From assembly GCA_046289305.1 (NCBI GenBank), contig JBKBVT010000001.1, positions 1-55,209 of the forward strand: a stretch of 55,209 bases of DNA. The letters run 5' to 3'. Under the pieces are notes generated by a model that was given only the letters and a program-made list of their open reading frames with translations, searched no databases and had not been told where the DNA came from. Position numbers and translations under genes: made by a program. Positions 8,957 through 18,424 of this stretch are shown here, one piece after another (positions within the stretch are counted from its first letter, which is position 1; every line of letters begins with the position of its first letter). Source of the DNA: Hyphomonas sp. (GTDB lineage Bacteria > Pseudomonadota > Alphaproteobacteria > Caulobacterales > Hyphomonadaceae).

Positions 8957-9451
8957 CTAGCGACCGCCTGGAGCAGGTTCGGGGCAAGGAACATTTCGGA
9001 CCTCCACCTCACCCACTTCAAGCACAGCGTCAGCGCCATGAAGCCAGGCCGCCACCGTGTCCCGTGTTTGCGTAACGGAGGTCTTGGTCCGCAGGGCGCA
9101 CTCCCAAACGGTTACGATGCGCCACCCCGCTTCCCGAAGAGCAGACTGAATTGCCGCATCCCGCACAACATTTGCATCGAACTTGGCGGCCCAGAACTCG
9201 GGGCGCGTCGCCGGAACCGTTGCATAGCGGCAGTCCTCATGGCGATGCCAGAAGCAACCATGTACAAAGATGACGGAGCGATACTTCGGCATCACGATGT
9301 CCGGCTTGCCGGGAATGCCCTTCGCGTGAAGGCGATAGCGCAAGCCCAGCGCATGCAGGGACCGGCGCAGCGCCAGTTCGGGCTTCGTGTTCTTTCCTCG
9401 GATCCCGGACATCATGCGGGAGCGGGTCTGGCTGTCGACGATATCTGTCAT
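8957..9451 (-). CDS. vsr: Very short patch repair endonuclease
   Basis: MTDIVDSQTRSRMMSGIRGKNTKPE, PGKPDI, FVHGCFWH, VWEC; GGAGG RBS before the ATG at 9451. Confidence 0.95.
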   Translation of the reverse strand: MTDIVDSQTRSRMMSGIRGKNTKPELALRRSLHALGLRYRLHAKGIPGKPDIVMPKYRSVIFVHGCFWHRHEDCRYATVPATRPEFWAAKFDANVVRDAAIQSALREAGWRIVTVWECALRTKTSVTQTRDTVAAWLHGADAVLEVGEVEVRNVPCPEPAPGGR

Positions 9452-9518
9452 TTGCCTCCTGGCTTCATCTGTCGGACCTGGTATACAGCCTATGATCTGA
9501 ATTCGAGAGGACCCTGAT

Positions 9519-11072
9519 TTGCCAGCCACTTTCGGCATCGTTGATCTGTTTGCCGGACCTGGTGGATTAGGTGAGGGCTTTGCTTCGCTGCGTGTGGACA
9601 ACCATTCTCCGTTTCAAATCGGCATTTCGGTCGAAAAGGAGGCATCGGCGCACAGGACGCTGACCCTGCGCGCATTTGTTCGCGCTTATGCCGAAAAACA
9701 TGGGGCTTTGCCAAAGGCTTACATCGATTTCCATGCTGGCCAGTCAGCAGAACCGGACTGGTCTACGGTTGACGCGGTTGCATGGGATCACGCCGCAAGT
9801 GAGACACGTTGCCTTGAACTGGGTACTGAACCTGCCGCCGAAGCGATCGACAGCGCTATCGCCCGCCTGAGAAAGGACTTCGACGACACAATCCTGATCG
9901 GTGGCCCTCCCTGCCAGGCCTATTCGCTGGTCGGGCGAGCCCGTGCCAACGGAAAGATCGGATATGTGCCTGAAGAGGACGCGCGGCACTATCTCTTTCG
10001 CGAGTACATCCGCGTGTTGGACCGACTGCGCCCTGCCGCCTTCGTGATGGAAAACGTAAAGGGCATGCTGTCATCGACGATCGAAAGCCGGATGGTCTTC
10101 GAAATGCTGATGGAGGATTTGACCTCGCTCGGCACCGGGCATGCGCATCACTATGAACTCCGGGCAATCCGTCTTTCGGACGGCAAGGCGACGCTGCTGG
10201 AGCCGCAAAAACCGTCCGACTTCATAGTGCGTGCGGAAGATTTCGGCGTGCCGCAGCGCCGCCATCGGGTCATCATCGTTGGAATCAGGTCGGACCTTGC
10301 CAACCGAATGTCGGGCGCCAACGTTCCTGTCCCGGGCACAAGACGCACAGTCGGCGAGACGATTGGAAACATGCCGCCCCTGCGCAGCGGGATCAGCCGC
10401 GACGTCGATACCGCAACTGCCTGGAAGCGCGAGGTCGTTGAGGCTGGAAACATCCTGGCCAGCATTTGCAAGATCAGTGGAGATGATGCTCTCCGCCAAG
10501 CTTTCCTGGATCTTGTGAAGCGCATGAAGAAAGGCTCGCCCGGGCAACGTACGGACGCGAGCATGCCCGCAGGCTACGGGACCTCCAACGACGACCTGAT
10601 GCGTTGGCTCGAACGACCGGAACTGCAGGCCCTCGCCCAGCACGAAACGCGTGGGCACATGGCGTCAGACCTCGGTCGCTACCTGTTCGCGGCGGTCTTC
10701 GGTGAAAAGCGCCAGTACAGCCCGAAGGCGGCAGACTTCCCCCTCGCACTCAGCCCCGACCACAAGAACTGGCACAGCGGCATTTTCAGCGACCGCTTCC
10801 GGGTTCAGTTGGCCCATGAAGCTGCAACAACCGTGACCAGTCACATCTCCAAAGACGGGCACTACTTCATCCATCCAGACCCTGCGCAGTGTCGCAGCCT
10901 GACAGTGCGCGAGGCCGCCCGGCTGCAGACCTTCCCGGATGACTATCTGTTCCTCGGCAACAGGACGCAGCAATATGTCCAGGTTGGGAACGCAGTCCCA
11001 CCGTACCTCGCGCGCCAGATCGCATCGTTGATCCACGCATCCCTGACAAAAGCGGACACCCACGAGACTTGA
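9519..11072 (+). CDS. dcm: C5-cytosine DNA methyltransferase
   Basis: Motifs DLFAGPGG, GGPPCQ, MENVKG, PQRRHR, EAARLQTFP, QVGNAVPP. Confidence 0.95.
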   Translation: MPATFGIVDLFAGPGGLGEGFASLRVDNHSPFQIGISVEKEASAHRTLTLRAFVRAYAEKHGALPKAYIDFHAGQSAEPDWSTVDAVAWDHAASETRCLELGTEPAAEAIDSAIARLRKDFDDTILIGGPPCQAYSLVGRARANGKIGYVPEEDARHYLFREYIRVLDRLRPAAFVMENVKGMLSSTIESRMVFEMLMEDLTSLGTGHAHHYELRAIRLSDGKATLLEPQKPSDFIVRAEDFGVPQRRHRVIIVGIRSDLANRMSGANVPVPGTRRTVGETIGNMPPLRSGISRDVDTATAWKREVVEAGNILASICKISGDDALRQAFLDLVKRMKKGSPGQRTDASMPAGYGTSNDDLMRWLERPELQALAQHETRGHMASDLGRYLFAAVFGEKRQYSPKAADFPLALSPDHKNWHSGIFSDRFRVQLAHEAATTVTSHISKDGHYFIHPDPAQCRSLTVREAARLQTFPDDYLFLGNRTQQYVQVGNAVPPYLARQIASLIHASLTKADTHET

Positions 11073-11156
11073 GGAGCACTTTGGCCATCTTGCGTGGCTT
11101 GTGTCGCCGAGATGTTCCCGCCAGAGTAGATCGTGTGCGTTCTATCAAGGGTTCAA

Positions 11157-12650
11157 ATGACGGAAATTGTCGTTTCAAGACGGGCGGATGCGACGCCTCA
11201 CGCTGCGGCGTTGATCGAGGGGCTGAGGGACATCGGCTATTCCCTTGAAACCGCCATTTCAGACATCATCGACAATTCGATTACAGCGGGTGCGCATCGC
11301 ATTCAGATCATCACTGAAACATTCGCCGAAGAACCCTACATCGCAATTGTTGACGACGGCGAAGGCATGACTGAGGATGAACTGATTGCAGCGATGCGGC
11401 CTGGCAGCAAGAATCCTCTCGCAGCTCGAGACGAGCCGGATTTGGGACGCTTCGGACTTGGCCTCAAAAGCGCAAGTTTTTCTCAATGTCGACGACTGAC
11501 TGTCATTTCAAGGAAATCTGGAAAAACCTCCGCTGCTATATGGGATCTGGACGACGTTGCAGACCGGAACGAATGGGCAGTCCAATTACCCGATGATCTT
11601 GCAGGACTTCCTGCCGTCGAGCAACTTGGCCCGTCCGGTACGGTCGTCCTATGGCAGAAACTTGATCGCTTGACCGGCGGCTATTCACACAATGCCGCCA
11701 AACGTGCAGAGGTCATCAACCAGAGGATTGCCGAAACCGAAAGGCATCTGCGCCTCGTCTTCCATCGGTTCATGGAGGACGCAAAGCCCGTTCGCCTCCT
11801 GCTGAATGGGCGTCTTCTGCAGCCGCTGGATCCCTTTGCTCGCAAGAACCCGGCCACCATCACGGATCCAGAAGAGAAGCTGACGTTGATCCGGGGCGAC
11901 GTTGAAATCCAGAGTTTCACGCTTCCGCACCACAAGCAGATGAGCAAGACGGACTGGGAGGACATCGGCGGGCCGGAAGGTCACTTGAAGTCGCAGGGGT
12001 TTTATCTCTACCGCGGCAAGCGGCTGATCCTTCACGGCGCATGGTTCGGCCTGTGCCGACAATCCGAGATCACGAAGCTGTCGCGAGTAAGGATCGACAT
12101 TCCGAACAGCATGGACGCTGACTGGAAGATCGACGTCAAGAAATCCTCGGCGCAGTTGCCGCCAATCGTTCGCGACCGGCTGAAGAAGGTGATTGAGCGC
12201 ATCCTTGCGGGATCAAAGCGGACATACAGCAAGCGCGGACAGAAGCTGGTCGATCATGAACGCCTGCCGATGTGGCACAGGATCCAAGCCGATGGGCAAA
12301 TCCGCTATCGACCGAATGCGGACCATCCTGCGTTTGCAGATTTTGCCGAGAGCCTTCCACCGGATTTGCGGCGCGGTTTCTTCAACTGCGTCTCGCTCGT
12401 CGGGGCGTCGCTGCCCATCGAAACCCTTTTTGCCGACATGGCAGGAACGGCCGAGCAGATCGTTCCGGATCAGATCGATGAGGACGCCCTGAGCCAAGCG
12501 GTTCAGGCAGTTTTAACGCGCATGCTGGAAGCGAAGAAAGACATGAAGGAAATCATTGCCTTGATGAAGGACAACGACCCTTTCCGATCGGCTTGGGAAG
12601 ACACTCAGCGCATCATCGCGGCAACGATCCAGACGAAGGAAGACAAGTGA
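11157..12650 (+). CDS. GHKL/MORC (MutL/Hsp90-like) ATPase, MzaB-like
   Basis: DIIDNSI, DDGEGM, DLGRFGLGLKSAS, SGTVVLW; DWKIDVKKS. Confidence 0.9.
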   Translation: MTEIVVSRRADATPHAAALIEGLRDIGYSLETAISDIIDNSITAGAHRIQIITETFAEEPYIAIVDDGEGMTEDELIAAMRPGSKNPLAARDEPDLGRFGLGLKSASFSQCRRLTVISRKSGKTSAAIWDLDDVADRNEWAVQLPDDLAGLPAVEQLGPSGTVVLWQKLDRLTGGYSHNAAKRAEVINQRIAETERHLRLVFHRFMEDAKPVRLLLNGRLLQPLDPFARKNPATITDPEEKLTLIRGDVEIQSFTLPHHKQMSKTDWEDIGGPEGHLKSQGFYLYRGKRLILHGAWFGLCRQSEITKLSRVRIDIPNSMDADWKIDVKKSSAQLPPIVRDRLKKVIERILAGSKRTYSKRGQKLVDHERLPMWHRIQADGQIRYRPNADHPAFADFAESLPPDLRRGFFNCVSLVGASLPIETLFADMAGTAEQIVPDQIDEDALSQAVQAVLTRMLEAKKDMKEIIALMKDNDPFRSAWEDTQRIIAATIQTKEDK

Positions 12651-15376
12651 AACCCCTCCTGAGCAGCCTTGAAGGCATGACGTCCATGTACATGGCGTCG
12701 CAACCTGCGCCCCATACCGCACAGTCGATCCGCGACATCATCACGCAACTGCGCATCACGCCCATGTTTGCGGGGCAGGTCGAAGACATTGAAGCGGAGG
12801 AACTCGCCCGTCTGATTGAGGAAAAGTACGGTATCAGTATGGGCCTCGGCGCCATTGTCGACGCAAAAGATTTTCGCCCTTGGCTGCACGACGCGCGGAT
12901 CAATGGCGAAGTCGGTGACTTTTACTGGGGTCGGTACCGCCAGTTGCTGAACCTGAAAGGCCTGCCCAAGTCGGTCATCGACGCAACTGATGAAGTTACG
13001 GACAAGGTTCTCGATCGGCTGGGCGACCCGAACAATACCAGCGCATGGAGTCGCCGGGGCATGGTAGTCGGCCACGTCCAGAGCGGGAAAACGCAGAACT
13101 ACACCGGTCTCATCTGCAAGGCGGCCGACGCTGGCTACCGCCTCATCGTGGTGATCGCAGGCATCCACAACAATCTGCGCAACCAGACCCAAGCCCGTAT
13201 CGACGAGGGCTTCATCGGCCGAGACACCGGCCGTTTGGCCCATGTCAACAAGGCGCAGCGCCAGAAGCTTATTGGCGTAGGCCAGTTTGATCAGCGTGAA
13301 TTTCCGGTTTCGCTGACCAACACGCTGCGCGACTTCAACAAGGCGACCGCCACCACCAACACCAGCCAGATCGGGCAATACAACGTGCCGGTCGTCCTTG
13401 TGATCAAGAAGAATTCCAGCACCTTGAAGAACTTGCTGGAATGGCTGAAGGAGCATTCGGTCCAGCAAGGGACGCAGATGGTCAACCAGCCCATGCTGGT
13501 CATCGACGATGAGGCCGACAATGCTTCAATTAACACAGCTTATGCACGCGACGAGGTCACCAGGATCAACAGCCAGATCCGCGAGCTTTTGTCGATCTTT
13601 CACCGCAGCTGCTATGTCGGGTATACCGCCACGCCATTTGCCAACATCTTCATCGATCCCGACACCGACGACGATGCGTTAAGGCAGGATCTGTTTCCGC
13701 GCCATTTCATCATCGGCCTTGATGCGCCGTCCAATTACTTCGGGGCGCAAAGGGTATTTCTGGATGCCCGCGACCGCCACATTCGCCTGATTGAAGATAA
13801 CGAAGACATCTTTCCGATGAAGCACAAGATCGATCATCCGGTCGATGTGCTGCCCGGCAGTCTGGTGCAGGCCGTGCGTGCTTTCATTGTCTCGCGGGCG
13901 ATCCGCAACGCGCGGGGCCAGCAGGCGGCGCATGCCTCTATGCTGATCAATGCCTCGCGTTTCACCGATGTGCAGGGGCGTTTGCGGTCGCAGGTGGCCG
14001 ACGTGGTAGGCCGCATCCGTGACGCTGTGGTCGTCGACGCAGGCAAGGGCCGGGCCGCACTGAACAATCCCGAAATAGCAGCGCTTCATTCGGTTTGGCG
14101 GCAGGAATACGCGGAAGATGCTGACTGGACCGATGTGCAACGGCGGCTGCATGAAGTTCTGGTTGCTGCCAGGGTAGTTGAGGTTAACGCCTCGAAGCGG
14201 GCGCAGGCGCTGGACTATGACCAAGGCGGCGAACACGGTGTGACCATCATCGCGGTTGGCGGCTTCTCCCTATCGCGCGGCCTGACGCTGGAAGGGCTGA
14301 CAGTCAGCTACTTCCTACGCAACTCGATCATGTATGATACGCTTATGCAGATGGGCCGTTGGTTTGGTTATCGACCCAACTACGAGGATCTGTGCCGCGT
14401 CTGGATCCCGGCGGATGGGGTGGGCTGGTATGCGCACATTCACGAGGCGATGGACGACCTGCAGTCCCAGCTGAAGCGCATGGAACTGGCCAAGGCGACG
14501 CCGGAGCAGTTTGGGCTGGCCGTGCGCAGCCATCCAGAATCGCTGATCGTCACAGCGCGGAACAAGATGGGAACTGGGCGAGAGTTCCCCATGAAAGTCG
14601 GCCTTGCAGGCAAGATGATCGAAACGACACGCATTCGTGCAGATAGCGACCAATTGGAGCGCAACAGGCAGGCGGGGCACGCCCTGGCTTTGGCGATCAA
14701 GGCAAGTGGTGTGGGTCAGCAAGACCCCTCACGCGGCTCTCTGTTCAGTGGTGTAGCTGTCGAACTGATCCGCGATTTTCTGCGATCATTCCGGGCTGAT
14801 GCCTCGGACCCGCTCACCGATCCGAGGTTAATTGCTGACTATATCGATGCGCGCGCCGAAACCGAACTCCGGGAATGGGATGTCTTGTTCGCAAGCGCCC
14901 AAAAGGCAGAGGCCAAACTTGCTAGTTTGGCTGAAATCGAGATGCGTGCCTTTGGCCGCTCGGTCGGCCCAAAAGACCTGAGCGATGGTGTCCTTGCGAT
15001 CAGCGGCACAAGCAGGCGCGTTGGTTCGCCAGGCGATGAGCGTGTCGGATTGACAAAGGAGCAGATTGACGCTGCCACCACTGCCTTTCAAGAAGAGCGG
15101 ATTCGTGACGGCAAGCACATTCCTGAAACCCTTCCTCCGCGAATCTTTTGCGAAATCAGGGGGCGCCGTCCGTTGATTATCCTGCGTTTCGTGGACCCAA
15201 AGGTTCCAGACGAGTTGCAGGCGAGATCGCCCGGCAATGTTCTGGCGTGGAGTATCTGTTTCCCGCCGTCCGACGTTCAGGGTGGCACGGTGGAGTACAT
15301 CGTCAACACCATCCGCATGCGCGAAATGTTCGGCGATGAGGAAATCGAAGAGGAGGCGCTCGGTGATACCGACTGA
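12647..15376 (+). CDS. SF2 helicase-like protein with Z1 domain, MzaC-like
   Basis: GHVQSGKT, IDDEAD, YTATP, LSRGLTLEGL, LMQMGRWFGYR; GTGA overlap with the upstream gene. Confidence 0.9.
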   Translation: MKPLLSSLEGMTSMYMASQPAPHTAQSIRDIITQLRITPMFAGQVEDIEAEELARLIEEKYGISMGLGAIVDAKDFRPWLHDARINGEVGDFYWGRYRQLLNLKGLPKSVIDATDEVTDKVLDRLGDPNNTSAWSRRGMVVGHVQSGKTQNYTGLICKAADAGYRLIVVIAGIHNNLRNQTQARIDEGFIGRDTGRLAHVNKAQRQKLIGVGQFDQREFPVSLTNTLRDFNKATATTNTSQIGQYNVPVVLVIKKNSSTLKNLLEWLKEHSVQQGTQMVNQPMLVIDDEADNASINTAYARDEVTRINSQIRELLSIFHRSCYVGYTATPFANIFIDPDTDDDALRQDLFPRHFIIGLDAPSNYFGAQRVFLDARDRHIRLIEDNEDIFPMKHKIDHPVDVLPGSLVQAVRAFIVSRAIRNARGQQAAHASMLINASRFTDVQGRLRSQVADVVGRIRDAVVVDAGKGRAALNNPEIAALHSVWRQEYAEDADWTDVQRRLHEVLVAARVVEVNASKRAQALDYDQGGEHGVTIIAVGGFSLSRGLTLEGLTVSYFLRNSIMYDTLMQMGRWFGYRPNYEDLCRVWIPADGVGWYAHIHEAMDDLQSQLKRMELAKATPEQFGLAVRSHPESLIVTARNKMGTGREFPMKVGLAGKMIETTRIRADSDQLERNRQAGHALALAIKASGVGQQDPSRGSLFSGVAVELIRDFLRSFRADASDPLTDPRLIADYIDARAETELREWDVLFASAQKAEAKLASLAEIEMRAFGRSVGPKDLSDGVLAISGTSRRVGSPGDERVGLTKEQIDAATTAFQEERIRDGKHIPETLPPRIFCEIRGRRPLIILRFVDPKVPDELQARSPGNVLAWSICFPPSDVQGGTVEYIVNTIRMREMFGDEEIEEEALGDTD

Positions 15377-16337
15377 CACGCCATGGTCTGGCCTCGAGGC
15401 CGGAAAAACCGATACAAGGCGGGTCGACGCCGCTGCACGCTGGAACTGGTTCTGGGCGGTGATGCCTCGCGCCGATATCTGTCTGCTGCTTCAGCTGACC
15501 GACTTGCCGAAACCGATCCCTGACTTGCCAAAACTCAAGAACCTCGAAATCAGGTTCCAGACCTTGCCAGGCGGCCCCATCCTTTACATCCGGTTGAAGG
15601 ATAACGCCCAGATGGAGCTGTTCGAAACTCTTTGCCGCGACGTCATGGCAGCCGGTGAACTTGCAGCGACCGAAGCGGAAGCGCTGGAGCGCGCCATCGG
15701 GCGGACCTTCCGCTGGCACTATCTGCTGCGCGGCGGAAAGCTCGAGGTTCTGTCAGAAGAAGCTCAGAAAGGCCTAATTGGGGAAATCGAGGTCCTGAAA
15801 CTTCTGATCGCCAATCTCGGCCCCAAACCGGCGCTTACCGCGTGGACCGGCCCATCAGGTGCACCGAAGGATTTTGAACTCAAGGCCGATTGCATCGAGG
15901 TGAAAGCCCGTCGCGGCGCGTCTCAGCCTTTCGTGAAAATTACGAATGAGCATCAGCTGGCTGACGTGCCTGATCGTCGCCTATGGTTGGCAGTCCTTGC
16001 CGTCGACAAGGTCCAGCAGCCTCATGGCAAAACGCTGACCGACTATGTCGCTGACGTCACCGATCTTCTCGAACGAACTGAGCCGTCAGCGATCATGGAT
16101 TGGGATTTGCACCTTGCCGATGTTGGCTATGACGTGCTGCACGACTATTCGGCATGGCGCTGGATCGTTTCCGCACCAGAATTTCACGTTGTAGCAGAGG
16201 AATTCCCGCGCATCTCGGCCCCCGTGCCGTTGGGCGTGTCCGCCGTGTCATATGCACTCGCGCTATCTGCCTGCACTCCCTTTCGAACCGACTGGTCTGA
16301 CGTTCAGGCAAAACTGATCGAAGAGGTGCAGCAGTGA
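15363..16337 (+). CDS. PD-(D/E)XK motif protein (DUF4420-like), MzaD-like
   Basis: GLIGEI...WTGP...KDF...IEVK...NEHQL; GTG start after AGGAGG. Confidence 0.85.
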   Translation: MIPTDTPWSGLEAGKTDTRRVDAAARWNWFWAVMPRADICLLLQLTDLPKPIPDLPKLKNLEIRFQTLPGGPILYIRLKDNAQMELFETLCRDVMAAGELAATEAEALERAIGRTFRWHYLLRGGKLEVLSEEAQKGLIGEIEVLKLLIANLGPKPALTAWTGPSGAPKDFELKADCIEVKARRGASQPFVKITNEHQLADVPDRRLWLAVLAVDKVQQPHGKTLTDYVADVTDLLERTEPSAIMDWDLHLADVGYDVLHDYSAWRWIVSAPEFHVVAEEFPRISAPVPLGVSAVSYALALSACTPFRTDWSDVQAKLIEEVQQ

Positions 16338-18424
16338 CCGAACTTGACGAGTACCATCAGAGCCTCATGGCAGACATTCGTCGCGAAGCTGACGCAAGTG
16401 GTGTTTTCCCGGTTGAGGCTTTTTTCGACCGGATGACAGAGCGATTGACCGAAGCAGGCGAACTGGAAGTGGCCGATCGCGCGTACTACCAGAGTGGCGA
16501 AGGCGGACAGAAACTTCGGATCGATGGCTATGCGGGCGACCCACGCGACAGCGAAGGGGTCCTCGGCCTGATCATATGCGACTTCGCCGACAGTGAAGGG
16601 GTTCAGACCTTCGGCAAGGGGGATGTACCGCCGATCCTCAACCCGTTGATCCGCTTTCTGAAAAAGGCAAAGACCGAAGACTTTCGTGACGCACTCAACG
16701 AGGCGAACCCGGCGTTTCAGGTCTCTGATCTGATTATTGCGACATGGTCGCAGGTTACAAAGGTCAAGCTCATCCTGATTTCGAACCGCCAGTACATTGG
16801 CCGCGACGACACGGTGAAGTTGGCAGACTTGGGCGAGGTGCCGATCACCTGGTCGGTGTGGGATCTGGCACGTTTTGAACGCTTTGACCGGTCAGGTCAG
16901 GCGCGCGAGGACATGGTCATCGACTTTGCCACGGACTTTGGCGCACCCCTGCCAGCGCTCAAGGCGTCGCAGACCGGAGCTGCATTGGAAAGCTACCTGC
17001 TGATTGTCCCAGGGGAACAATTGGCCGCAATTTACGACCGGTGGGGCGCGCGGCTGCTCGAAGCCAATGTGCGGTCTTTCCTTCAAGCACGAGCCAAGAC
17101 GAACAAAGGTATCCAAAAGACAATCAAGGAGGAACCCGAGCTCTTCTTCCCCTACAACAACGGCCTTTCAGCGACAGCAGACGAGGTATCATGTGTCCGA
17201 ACGGCTGACGGATTGGCAATCGCATCGATCAGCAACCTGCAAATCGTCAATGGTGCCCAGACGACAGGATCGATTCACAGTGGCCTGAAATCGGCCAAGG
17301 ACCAGCTCGCGCAGGTATTTGTGCAGATGAAACTGACCGTCGTGTCCCCTGCCAAGTCCGAAGAAATCGTGCCGAAAATCTCGGAGTATGCCAACACGCA
17401 GAACAAGGTGAACGCCGCGGACTTTTTCGCCAATCACCCGTTCCACATCCGCATGGAGCAATTCTCACGCGATGTGATCTTCACGGCCCGGGACGGCGAA
17501 CGGCATGACAGCAAATGGTTCTATGAGCGTTCGCGTGGGCAGTTCATCAATGCGCGGCCGAAGGTCAAGGGCAAGGCTCAGGCGAGCTTTGACATTGAAT
17601 TCCCCAAGGCACAGCTTTTCAGCAAGACCGATCTTGCAAAGTTCGAGTTCTCTGCTGCCGGGCAGCCCCATATCGTGTCGCGCGGCGCACAGAAGAACTT
17701 TGCCGAATTCGCAAAGGAGATTGGCGAGGCTTGGGCCAAGAGTGACGCGAGATACGACGAACTCTGGTATCGGCGGCTGATTTCCAAGGCGATCGTCTTT
17801 CGCTGGCTGGAGACGGAGGTTCCAAAGCAACCGTGGTACGAAGGTGGCTATCGTGCAAACATCGTCACCTATTCCATGGCCAAGCTGTTCCATGACGCCA
17901 ACGGCGATAAGCAGGTCCTGGATCTGGATGCCATCTGGCGGCGGCAATCCGTCCCGGAAGCACTACAACGCGCTCTCCTTCTTGCCGCAGCTGAAGCGCA
18001 TGATGTGGTCACTCACCCTCCCGCTGGCGTTCGAAATATGTCGGAGTGGGCGAAACAGCAGGCGTGCTGGAACGGCATGAAGGGCCGCACGCTGGACTAT
18101 GATGACGACTTCGAGACCTGCTTGACGTTGGTGGAAACAGCTCGAACCGCAAAACGCGACGAAAAGGCCAAGAAAGCCATGACCGAGGGCATCAATGCCC
18201 AGTCAGAGGTTGTGACGCTCGGGGCTGATTTCTGGAAAGACCTCCTCGCATGGGGGCGTGAACGGAAGCGCCTCACACCAAAGGACCAGCAGATCTTGGA
18301 GGTCTGCGCATCAATGCCGCGCCGTGTTCCATCTGATCTGCAGTCCCGGCATGCACTCGACGTAATGGAACGCATGCGTGATCAAGGATTTGGCGAGAAC
18401 TCAAGCCACACGGAGCTTCCATGA
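16334..18424 (+). CDS. AIPR family protein, MzaE-like
   Basis: LLEANVRSFL, FFPYNNGL, QIVNGAQTT, ANTQNKV, WFYERSRGQF. Confidence 0.9.
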   Translation: MTELDEYHQSLMADIRREADASGVFPVEAFFDRMTERLTEAGELEVADRAYYQSGEGGQKLRIDGYAGDPRDSEGVLGLIICDFADSEGVQTFGKGDVPPILNPLIRFLKKAKTEDFRDALNEANPAFQVSDLIIATWSQVTKVKLILISNRQYIGRDDTVKLADLGEVPITWSVWDLARFERFDRSGQAREDMVIDFATDFGAPLPALKASQTGAALESYLLIVPGEQLAAIYDRWGARLLEANVRSFLQARAKTNKGIQKTIKEEPELFFPYNNGLSATADEVSCVRTADGLAIASISNLQIVNGAQTTGSIHSGLKSAKDQLAQVFVQMKLTVVSPAKSEEIVPKISEYANTQNKVNAADFFANHPFHIRMEQFSRDVIFTARDGERHDSKWFYERSRGQFINARPKVKGKAQASFDIEFPKAQLFSKTDLAKFEFSAAGQPHIVSRGAQKNFAEFAKEIGEAWAKSDARYDELWYRRLISKAIVFRWLETEVPKQPWYEGGYRANIVTYSMAKLFHDANGDKQVLDLDAIWRRQSVPEALQRALLLAAAEAHDVVTHPPAGVRNMSEWAKQQACWNGMKGRTLDYDDDFETCLTLVETARTAKRDEKAKKAMTEGINAQSEVVTLGADFWKDLLAWGRERKRLTPKDQQILEVCASMPRRVPSDLQSRHALDVMERMRDQGFGENSSHTELP

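Noticed and set aside
8687-9517. 276-aa plus-strand ORF
   Set aside because: Antisense shadow of vsr that also overlaps 8226-8888; no recognisable motifs.
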